Part shown: piece by piece, positions 52,880-64,000 of the stretch | Layout of the letters: the number at the start of each line of letters is the position of its first letter | Position numbering within the stretch: the first letter of the stretch is position 1 | Source of the DNA: an uncultured Chloroflexia bacterium | GTDB taxonomy: Bacteria; Chloroflexota; Limnocylindria; Limnocylindrales; CSP1-4 | Reading direction: 5' to 3' | Length of the DNA: 64,000 nt | Assembly: GCA_963739365.1 (NCBI GenBank) | Contig: CAVUAG010000009.1 | Coordinates: 28,715-92,714, forward strand | Made by a program: the position numbers and the translations under genes | The notes under the pieces: generated by a model | Told to the model about the DNA's origin: nothing | The model's input: only the letters and a program-made list of their open reading frames with translations | Databases searched by the model: none

Positions 52880-52902
52880 ACGATGATACTCCCCATGGGT
52901 AT
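52880..52902 (-). promoter_or_regulatory. CsoR-type operator overlapping a -10 element
   Basis: Minus strand ATACCCATGGGGAGTAT (TAC-C/G-tract-GTA pseudo-palindrome) running into TATCAT, upstream of csoR. Confidence 0.7.
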
Positions 52903-53077
52903 CGGCGGCTCGCTGCCGGCGGTCACCCCGGCGCTCCGGACGGGCAACTCCGACCCGGCGGACTGGCGCCGTCGGACCGGCTAGACTTGGGCCGATGGAT
53001 CGCCCGACGCACCGTCCCGAGCCGCTCGCCCCCGGCGAGGCGCGCTCCCGGCGCGCGGCCCCGGGACGCGCAGCCCG

Positions 53078-53631
53078 GTGACCGACGCCCGTCCCCGGCC
53101 CGCGTTCGCCCATGCGAGCGAGGCTGAGCTGGCGCGGATCCTCGACTTCTACGAAGTGGCCTGGGAGTACGAACCACACACGTTCCCGATCCTCTACGAT
53201 CGGGACGGGACGGTGCTCGAGAGCTTCAGCCCGGACTTCTACCTGCCCGAGCTGGACCTGTACGTGGAGATCACGACGCTCAAGCAGCGCCTCGTCCGCA
53301 AGAAGAACCGCAAGCTGCGCCGCCTCCGCGACCTCTATCCCGGCGTCCGGATCAAGCTCCTCTATGCGCGGGACTTCCGGGCGCTGCTCCTCAAGTACGG
53401 GCGGATCAGCCTGGCCGACGCCCTCAGCGGCGCGGAGGGGCAGGCCACGCCGCCCCGGCGCGCCTCGAACGCCGCCGCAGCCGGCGCCGCCCCGTCGGTC
53501 GCCCACCACTCCGATGCGTCGCTCGGGCTGCCCGTCCCGTCGCGGGCAGCCCGGGCGCGCCGGACGCGCGCCCAGGCCCGGGCTCGCGCGGCCGCCCGGA
53601 CCAGCGCCACGCCCACCGTGGAGATGAACGG

Positions 53632-53635
<4 letters not shown>
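53078..53635 (+). CDS. Uncharacterised PD-(D/E)XK-like protein
   Basis: SEAELARILDFY..WEYEP..F..FSPDFYLPELDLYVEITT resembles a restriction-endonuclease-like fold; ATGA overlap with hpt. Confidence 0.7.
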
Positions 53636-54194
<559 letters not shown>

Positions 54195-54198
<4 letters not shown>

Positions 54199-54627
54199 CG
54201 CTCCACCGTCGCCCGCTCGGCCGCGGACGCCTGGTCGCGGCGGTCAGCGCCATCCTCATGCTCGTCGGCTGCCTCCTTCCCTGGTTCCGCGCCGGCGGCA
54301 GCGACGGCATCCCGCCGATCGAGGGGAACGCGTTCGAGGGAGCGGGGATCCTCGTCTTCCTGGCCGCCCTGGCGACCCTCGCCCTCGTCGCGCTCCCCTA
54401 CGCGGCCGGCGACCGGCCTGTCGCGTACGACCGCTGGTGGGCGTATGGAGCCCTGGCGCTGGTGGCGGCCGTGGCGCTCGTCGCGCGCGTTGCCGGGATC
54501 GCGGCCGAGAGCCGGCGGGCTCGCCACGATGCTGCCCGACCGGGCCCCCGGGCTGTGGCTCACCGCGGCCGGTGTCATCGGCCTCATCTTCGCGACCGCC
54601 GAGATCTACGGCTCCCGCCGGGAGTAG
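54195..54627 (+). CDS. Hypothetical membrane protein (about 4 TM, frameshifted)
   Basis: ATGA-coupled to hpt; GCLLPW...TM helices; C-terminal PDRAPGLWL...EIYGSRRE* in a shifted frame. Confidence 0.65.
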
Positions 54628-54722
54628 CCCGGCACAGGCTCGTCCCCGTGCGGGCCCGTGCCGGTGCGGGCACTCGCTGTCGCGGGATCTCGTCAGGCGG
54701 TCCAGGGGCACCGTCAGCGGCG

Positions 54723-55584
54723 TCACGGGGCCGCCGCAGGCGGCGTCGCGGGGGCCGTTGGCGGCACTCCGGGAGCCGGCGTCGAGTCCCCCTCCGGCCT
54801 GATCCACGGCCCCCGCAGCTCGATCGCGAGCCACGCGGCGTGACGTCGCCGGCTGGCCCGGCGCCCGGGTGCTCGACCTGGAAGACGTACGTGCCGACCG
54901 GCCACGCAGGGTTCGTCGAGAGGTCGACTCGGCGCACGTTCGGCGAGATCGTCGGCGGGCCGTACAAGCGCCCCGCGATCGGCGAGCGTGCCACCCGAGA
55001 CGAGGGTCGGCGCGATCTCCGCGGCGCTCCGCGGGCCGGCCGTAACCGAAGCCCGACCGGATCCGCCAGGCGCGCACATGGAACGAGGCGAGATCGGAGC
55101 CCGCCGCGGGGGAGCCGGCAGCGCCCCGACCAGGGCCCCGTGTCCGGGGCGCAGAAGCCGATTCGCGGCACGGAGTCGGCGTAGACGTGGGTCCGGGCGA
55201 CGGTCGGCATCGAGCGGCTCGGTCGCCGGGACGAGATCCAGGCGCGTCCACGAGCGGGAGTCCGTGGGCCCGTTCACCTGGTCGACGACCGCCAGCCAGC
55301 TTGTCCCGGACACGCAGGCGACCCGGGGCACGGCGCCGGTCCAATCACGGGATGCTGATGTCGGGGCGACGGTCGGCGAGGTCGCCGGCCGTGCCGTCGA
55401 TACCGCGACTCCTTCCCGGCCAGGAGGCCGCGGCCGGCGGGGCGAGCCAGTCCCAGGGCTTCAGGACGGCGACCACGAGCGCGAGCGCCACGAGGACGAC
55501 CGCCGTCGAGAAGCCCCGGCCCGCTCCTCCGGCTGGCCCGATCCGGGTCGTCAGTGGTCGCTCCGCGTCGTCCCCCCGGTCCAT
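54723..55584 (-). CDS. Hypothetical exported/membrane-anchored protein (frameshifted)
   Basis: N-terminal TM (VVLVALALVVAVLKPW) followed by coding-like fragments (SRSWTRLD, AWPVGTYVFQV) in several frames. Confidence 0.45.
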
Positions 55585-55597
55585 GGAGGGGATGCGC

Positions 55598-56346
<749 letters not shown>

Positions 56347-56350
<4 letters not shown>

Positions 56351-57344
56351 GCGGCCGGCTTCCCGAGGTACGCCTCGATGACCCGCGGGTCGCTGCGGAC
56401 CTCTTCGGGGGTGCCCTCGGCGATCTTGCGCCCTGCGTCGAGGACAGTCACCCGGTCGCTGATGCCCATGACCACCTTCATGTCGTGCTCGATGAGGAGG
56501 ACGGTCAGGCCGAGCTCGGTGCGAAGACGCGAGATGAGCTTCATCAGGTCCTGCGTCTCCTTGGGATTCATCCCCGCCGCCGGCTCGTCGAGGAGCAGCA
56601 GCTTCGGGCCGGCGGCAAGCGCGCGCGCGATCTCGAGGCGCCGCTGGTCTCCGTAGGGGAGGTTCTTGGCGAGCTCGTTGCCGATCCCGCGCAGCCCCAC
56701 GTAGGTCAGGAGCTCCTGGGCCCGGCGATCGCAGAGATCCTCCTCGCGGCGCGCCCGCGGCGTGCTGAAGAAGCCGTCGAAGAGGTTGGAATGCATCTGG
56801 GAGTGCATCCCGATGAGCACGTTCTCCACCGCCGTCATGTTCTTGAAGAGGCGGATGTTCTGGAAGGTACGGGCGACGCCCGCCTGCACCATGTCGTTCG
56901 GCCGGGCGCTCCGGAAGATACCGAACCGGAGCAGGAGGGTCTGGTACCAGAGCGGGCGCACGATCGCGAGGAGGAGCGTCCCGATGAGGAGGCCGATCGC
57001 CGCGACGCCGGCGATGGCGATCCCGCCGCCGGCAAGGATCCCCGTGACCCCGAGCGCGAGGCTGACGAGGATGACGAGGATGGACGGCGCGACCCAGACG
57101 AGCGACTCCAGGCCGACCCGGCGCGGCCGGGCGATCATCGGCCGCCCGTCGAACTCGACCCGGCCCGCGGTCGGGTCGATGATCCCGAGGAGGACGTTGA
57201 AGAACGTCGTCTTGCCTGCGCCGTTGGGGCCGATGAGGCTGACGATCGACCCCTCGGGGATCGTGAAGTCCACCTCGTTGACCGCGACGAGGCCGCCGAA
57301 GCGGCGGGTGACCCGCTCGGCCACGAGGATGTTGCGCGTCGCGC

Positions 57345-57348
<4 letters not shown>
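56347..57348 (-). CDS. livG: Branched-chain amino acid ABC transporter ATPase with an internal hydrophobic insertion
   Basis: GPNGAGKTT, RTFQNIRLF, LPYGDQRRLEIARAL, LLDEPAAG, IEHDM, VIEAYLG. Confidence 0.93.
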
Positions 57349-58558
<1,210 letters not shown>

Positions 58559-58562
<4 letters not shown>

Positions 58563-59589
58563 GCCCGCTCCCCCACCTGCTGGCCGAGGAGACCGGCGGG
58601 ACGGAAGACAAGGACGATGACCAGGACCCCGAAGACGACGGCGGGACCCCAGCGCCCGTAGCCGAAGGCGACCGCAGCCACCTCGATGAAGCCGATGATG
58701 AAGCCGCCGAGCGCAGCGCCAACCTGGTTGCCGATGCCGCCCAGGACCGCCGCGGTGAAGGCCTTGAGGCCGGCCTGGAACCCGAGGTCGAAGCGCGTGA
58801 CGCCGTACTGCAGGCCGTAGGTCACGCCGGCGGCGCCGGCCAGGGCGGAGCCGATGAAGAAGGTGATCGCGATGGTGCGGTTGATGTTGACGCCCATGAG
58901 CGCCGCGGCATCACGGTCGAGCGCGGTCGACCGCATGGCGCGCCCGAGGCGCGTGCGCCCGATGAACAGCTGGAGCCCGATCATCATGCCCACCGCCACG
59001 GTGATGATGAAGATGCTCAGGACCGGGATCTGGACGTCACCGATCTGGATGAACCAGTCCGTGGGGAAGATCTGGGGCGAGTTGGTCTGGAACGGGCCGT
59101 AGAAGATCTGGACGATGTTCTGGAGGATGAACGAGACGCCGATGGCCGTGATCAAGGGCGCGAGGCGGGGTGCGTTGCGCAGGGGCCGATACGCCGAGCG
59201 CTCGATCAGGACGCCGACCAGGCCCATCACGATCATCGTGAAGGCAAAGACCGCGACGAGGAGCACGACCAGCAGGAGGGGATCCCGGACGGCGCCGGAG
59301 AAGCCCAGCGAGACCAGGAACGACAGGCTGACGAAGGTGCCCACCATGAAGACGTCGCCGTGGGCGAAGTTGATCAGCTCGATGATCCCGTAGACCATCG
59401 TGTAGCCGATCGCGACGAGGGCGTAGATCGCCCCGAGCGTCAGCGCGTTGACGAACTGGGCGGGGCCCAGGACCAGAAGGCGACGACGAGCGCGACCGCC
59501 ACGATGCCGAGCTGGATCAGCGCCGGGCTCGCGGTACCGCGGAGCGAGCGAGCGGGCGGTGCTTCGGCGGTAGCGGCAGGAGCGGTCAT
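58559..59589 (-). CDS. livH: Branched-chain amino acid ABC transporter permease (frameshift near 5' end)
   Basis: GYTMVYGIIELINFAHG, ER.AYRPLR, GRAMRS...AALMGVN, KAFTAAVLGGIG. Confidence 0.93.
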
Positions 59590-59629
59590 CGGGATCCCCT
59601 CACGGCTCGCGTTGGACGGATTGGTGCCG

Positions 59630-59672
59630 AAGAAGAGAAGCCGGGGCACCCGCAGACGGGCTCCCCGGCTTC
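59630..59672 (-). terminator. Hairpin between the binding-protein gene and livH (terminator/attenuator or mRNA stabiliser)
   Basis: Minus strand GAAGCCGGGG-AGCCCG-TCTG-CGGGTG-CCCCGGCTTC followed by TCTTCTT. Confidence 0.65.
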
Positions 59673-59697
59673 CGATCAGCGATGGGCTGACAGCGAC

Positions 59698-60928
59698 CTA
59701 CTCAGCGGTGAGGGTCACCTGCTTGATGAAGGTCCAGTCGCCCGTGCCCTCGCCGGCAGCCATGTCGACCTTGAAGAGCGAAATGTACTTCTGGCTGGTG
59801 TCGCCGACCGCGTCGAACTGGAGGTCGCCGATGACGGTCTCGAAGGTCGCCGCGGTGTCGGTTCCGGCCGCGCGAACGGCCTCCCGGGTCACGTCGCCGT
59901 CTGCGACGGCCTTCTCGATCGCCTGGAGGAGGACCTGGGCACAGGCGTAGCCCGAGGCCGCGTACGCGCCGGGCGCCGCGTCGTACTCGGCCTCGTACTT
60001 CGCCGCGAACTCCGCCTGGCCCGGGAACTCGGCGATCGCCGCGACCGAGCTGTAGGAGTTCGGGGCAGCGTCGCCGGCGATGTTGATGAACGAGCCGGCG
60101 GTGTCGCCGCGGCCGTCCTGGATGCCGTCGCCGCCAAGGTAGACGAGGTCGCCGAGGCCGGCCTGCGGCATCTGCTTGCGCACGAGGCCGCCGCCGGTCG
60201 CCGTCACGCCGCCGTAGAAGACCGCGTCGGGGCTGCCTTCCTTGAACTTGGTGAGGATCGGGAGGTAGTCGGTGGTGCCCTTCGGGGCGCCCTCGCGACC
60301 CACGACCTCGCCGCCGAGCTGCCTTCCACTCAGCCTCGAAGGTGTCCGCGAGGCCCTTCCCGTAGGTCTCCGTGTCGTCGATGATCGCGACCTTCTTGAG
60401 GCCGAGGTCCGTGACGCCGAGCTGGGCGACCGCGGGTCCCTGGATGTCGTCGGTGGCGGCAACACGGATGTAGTTGATCCGGTCGGGGAACGCGGCCCGG
60501 AGCTGCTTGCCGGGTTCACCCATGGTCAGGTCCGGGTTCGTGTTGGCCGGGGAGCACTGCAGGAGCCCGGCCTCGTTCGAGACCGGGATCTGGACCTTGC
60601 CGACGCTCGAGTTGAAGGGTCCGACCACGGCCATGACCGCGGCGTCGGACACGAGCGTGGTCATGTCCTTGGCGCCCTGCTGCGGATCGTGGACGCCGTT
60701 GACCGAGTGGTCCAGGACGAAGGGCTCGACCTTGTAGCCCTCGAGGCTGAACTCCTTGATCGCGAGCAGCGCCCCGTCGCGGGCCGGGCCGGCGCTGGCC
60801 AGCGAGCTGCCCGAGAGCGGCAGCGAGATCCCGACCTTGATGACCGTGTCCTCGCCGCCCGTGCCTCCGCACGCCGCAACAACGAGGGATGCGGCGGCGA
60901 TGGCCGCACCCAACCGGGTGAGCTTCAT
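59698..60928 (-). CDS. livK: Branched-chain amino acid ABC transporter substrate-binding lipoprotein (frameshift near 60325)
   Basis: Lipobox LVVAAC, IKVGISLPLSG, VVGPFNS, SPANTNP, DDIQG, YGKGLA, GGDG, YA..GY. Confidence 0.9.
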
Positions 60929-61236
60929 GCTTCCTCCTCGATTCCTCCCACGTGACCCGCCCCGGGTCACGTGCCCTCCATCCGAGCCTTGACGGGCGCC
61001 GCGGCCTGGGACGCAACCCGAACGCCGTTTCCCTGTCGGTGGAGCGATGCCGTATATTAGGCGATGGCGACCCGAATGCAACAAGGGTTCCTGCGCCCCG
61101 GCGTGGCCCGGGGATGCGCGAGATCGCGCTTCCCGCCCCGGTGCGGCGCAGGGCACCGGAGCCCGGTCGAGCCCGACCGCCAGCTCCTCACACCGGACCA
61201 CGAGGTCGCCCTCCTGTGCGAGGTCAGGCCCTCGGA

Positions 61237-61699
61237 GTGGAATACCAGGTTCGAGCGGCACGGATCACCGACGTCGAGCGCATCGTCGCGCTCGTCGCGT
61301 CGGCCGCGCCGGCGGCAGCCGCCGCAACCACAGAAGGGGCGGACCTGCTGCGGCAGCTGGTCTACCTCCCCCAGGCGAGCGTCCTCGTCGCGGAGTCGCA
61401 GCGCACGATGGTTGGTGTCGCAGTCCTCACGCTGCGCCCATCCGTGCGGGCCGGCGGCAGCGTCGGGACGATCGACCTTCTCGCCGTCGACGAGCATCAC
61501 GACAGCGGATCGCGTCGTGGGGCTGCTCCTCGCTGAGCTGCTCCGGTCCGCTCGCAACAAGGGCTGCGCCGTCGTGGACACGGCGGCCCCCATGGACGGC
61601 GCCGCGCCGACCGCGTGGGAACGGCACGGCTTCCGGCCGGCCGGGCCCCGCATCGAATGTCAGATCAGGGCGGACCGGGCCTCCGCCGACCAGGGGTGA
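61237..61699 (+). CDS. GNAT-family N-acetyltransferase (frameshifted)
   Basis: VRAARITD, VLVAE...VGVA, IDLLAV...LLL..LL..AR.KGC, WERHGF. Confidence 0.75.
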
Positions 61700-61782
61700 A
61701 TGCCGGGGCGCGCGTGGCGCGCGACCGGCGGGCGGACGTCCGGGGATCCGGCACCCGACCCGATAACAGCTGAGGAGTCACC

Positions 61783-63770
61783 GTGGGCAAGAACGTCGCC
61801 GTCTTCGTGGACGTCGCGAACATCTTCTACGCGGCCAAGGCGGCCGGCGCAGACATCGACTACGTCCTGCTGCTGAAGGCGGCTACCGCCGGACGCGACC
61901 TCGTGCGCGCCTACGCGTACACGGGCCTCGATCCGGACAACGAGAACCAGCGCAACTTCCACTCGTTCCTGGCCCGCAACGGGTACAAGGTCGTCAGCAA
62001 GGACATCCGCAAGTACGGCGACGGGAAGGTCAAGGCGAACCTCGATATCGAGCTGGTCGTCGACATGATGAAGACCTCCCGAAACCTCGACGTCGCCGTC
62101 GTCGTCTCCGGCGATGGTGACTTCGCTCCGGCGATCCGGGCAGTCCAGGAGATGGGCGTCCGGTGCGAGGTGATCAGCTTCCGCGGCAACACGAGCTCGG
62201 ACCTGATGGAGGTCGCCGACCGGTTCACGGACATCACCCAGCTGGCGAAGGTCGAGAAGACCTCGACGGCGTCCGGCCGGCGTGTCGCCACGGACGACGA
62301 GGACCTCTCGATGACGGAGGTTCCGGACAAGGAGTCCGAAGGGACCGGCCGGGGCCGGGGCCGCGGTCGCGGCCGAACCCGCACCGAACGCGTCGTGGAG
62401 CCGGTCGAGACGATCGAGCCGAGTCGCAGCCGGGGTCGCGCCCGCACGCGCGTCGCCGCCGAGCCGGTACCTGCGGCAGCCGTCGCGGTCGCCGCGGGCG
62501 GCGCCCTCGTGGCCCTTCCGGGCGAGAAGCTGTCGAAGGCGGCCGTGGAGAGCCCTCGACGAAGCCGTCATGGCCGAAGGCGCGGACGAGGCCACCGAGG
62601 TCGCCGAGGTCACCGAGATCGTCGGTGACGAGGAGACGACGGGCACTGCCGAGGAGCACCGCCGCCGCCGGCGGCGTGGCGGTCGCGGTCGCGGTCGCGG
62701 TCGCGGCCAGGAACAGGAACACGAGCAGGTGAGCGAGTCCGAGGGGGCCCCCGCCCCCGAGGAGCTCGTCGACGAGCAGGACGAGGAGGTTGGCGAGCCG
62801 GCCCGCCCGGCGCCGCGCCCCGCGGCCTTCGGATCCGTCTGGGACTCCCAGATCGGTGTGCCGAGCGCGCCGCGTGCGGCGGCCTCGGTCACGGACGAGG
62901 AGTTCGACGACGAGCCGGCGATTCCCGAGTACCTGCTCGCCGAGCGGCGCGCGGGAAGTCGCGGTGGGCAGCGCGGTGGGCAGCGCGGCGGCCAGGGTGG
63001 CCAGCGTGGTCGCGGCGGCGCGTACGCGGCTGCCGTCGATCGAGAGCGGTACGGCGGCGCCGGCCGCGGCTCCCCCGGCAGCGGTCGCATCTCCGAGCCG
63101 TCCGGCCGGGGCGCTGTCGAGCGGGGCACCGAGCGGCTCGCAAAGCGGGCAGCGCCCGCCGCACACCCCGCAGCAGGCCGCCTACCGCGATCGCGCCCCG
63201 GAGCGGCGGCCGTCGTCGGAGCCGTGGAGCGAGGTTCCCCCGGAGCTCGAGGAGCTCCTGCGGGCCCAGCTGGCCCAGAAGACCGCTCGCCAGGAGGCCG
63301 CTCCGGCCCCCGCCGCCGAGCCGGCCGCGAAGGCCCCGACCCGCACGTCGCGGACCCGGAAGGCGGCGCCCACCGCTGCGGCACCGGTGGAGGCCGCTCC
63401 GGCCCCCGTCGCCGAGCCGGCCGCGAAGGCCCCGACCCGCACGTCGCGGACCCGGAAGGCGGCGCCCACCGCTGCGGCACCGGTGGAGGCCGCTCCGGCC
63501 CCCGCCGCCGAGCCGGCCGCGAAGGCCCCGACCCGCACGTCGCGGACCCGGAAGGCGGCGCCCACCGCTGCGGCACCGGTGGAGGCCGCTCCGGCCCCCG
63601 CCGCCGAGCCGGCCGCGAAGGCCCCGACCCGCACGTCGCGGACCCGGAAGGCGGCGCCCACCGCTGCGGCACCGGTGGAGGCCGCTCCGGCCCCCGTCGC
63701 CGAGCCGGCCGCGAAGGCCCCGACCCGCACGTCGCGGACCCGGAAGGCGGCGCCCACGGAGGGCGCCTGA
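61783..63770 (+). CDS. NYN (LabA/DUF88, PIN-like) domain protein with a very long low-complexity C-terminal tail (two apparent frameshifts)
   Basis: VFVDVANIF, KANLDIELVVD, VSGDGDFAP, LMEVADRF; coding-like tail continues through RRRRRRGGRGRG, acidic and repeat segments to the stop at 63770. Confidence 0.8.
63294..63758 (+). repeat. 96 bp coding tandem repeat, about 4.8 copies (EAAPAP(A/V)AEPAAKAPTRTSRTRKAAPTAAAPV)
   Basis: Unit starts at 63294, 63390, 63486, 63582 and 63678; copies are nearly identical. Confidence 0.95.
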
Positions 63771-63817
63771 CCCTCGGTCCGTCACCCGACGCCGGTCGAT
63801 CGCCCGAGGCCGCCCTG

Positions 63818-64000
63818 ATGCCGGTGCCGCGGTCGCGCGGCCGCCAACCGCTCGAGACCCCGGCGCGCGCGCGGCCAGCTCCTCGACTTCGGGCACCGAC
63901 CGCCGGACGGTTCGCCACGCGCGGCCAGCCGTCGGCTGTCGCCGCCGTCGAGCGGATGCTGCGTCACGGCGCCCCGCAGGCGCTCCTCCTCGTGGGACCC
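63818..64000 (+). CDS. holB: Probable DNA polymerase III delta' subunit, 5' fragment
   Basis: ATG at 63818 is in frame with FATRGQPSAVAAVERMLRHGAPQALLLVGP, resembling the clamp-loader N-terminus before Walker A; truncated by the window end. Confidence 0.55.
   Translation, partial: MPVPRSRGRQPLETPARARPAPRLRAPTAGRFATRGQPSAVAAVERMLRHGAPQALLLVGP

Noticed and set aside
63294-63758. CRISPR or non-coding repeat array
   Set aside because: The units are contiguous, 96 bp (a multiple of 3), in frame in a coding tail, and have no unique spacers.

Overview
Very GC-rich bacterial chromosome segment of mostly housekeeping genes. Gene content and style suggest Chloroflexota (possibly Limnocylindria-like); this is an inference. 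Many conserved genes carry single-base frameshifts that look like long-read indel errors, so several CDS are stitched from two or three frames and their ends are approximate. From left to right: (1) a minus-strand arsR-pgsA-ino1-acyltransferase x2-PHP-pimA phosphatidylinositol(-mannoside) operon; (2) CYTH, MFS, corA, a sortase-like gene and a TlpA-like gene; (3) a complex I (nuo) operon with a highly unusual centre, in which nuoI is split in two, its N-half fused to a degenerate NuoE, its C-half fused to the end of a NuoG-N/GltD(NfnB)-type FAD/NADPH Fe-S protein, with a degenerate HydB/NuoF-type gene between them (best candidate for an undescribed system); (4) MidA/NDUFAF7, folK, glpX, purH, NUDIX, DinB and a MITE-like element; (5) an hsp20-hspR-lon-dnaJ/cbpA-clpB operon with a variant HAIR-like operator; (6) a K+ locus (phosphoesterase, 2x KimA, USP, 2x TrkA); (7) rsmG with DnaA-box-like sites, a histidine kinase, csoR, a nuclease-like gene coupled to hpt; (8) a liv ABC transporter whose LivG has a transmembrane insertion; (9) GNAT, an NYN protein with a long disordered repeat tail, and the start of holB. 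I saw no rRNA, tRNA, CRISPR array or transposase.
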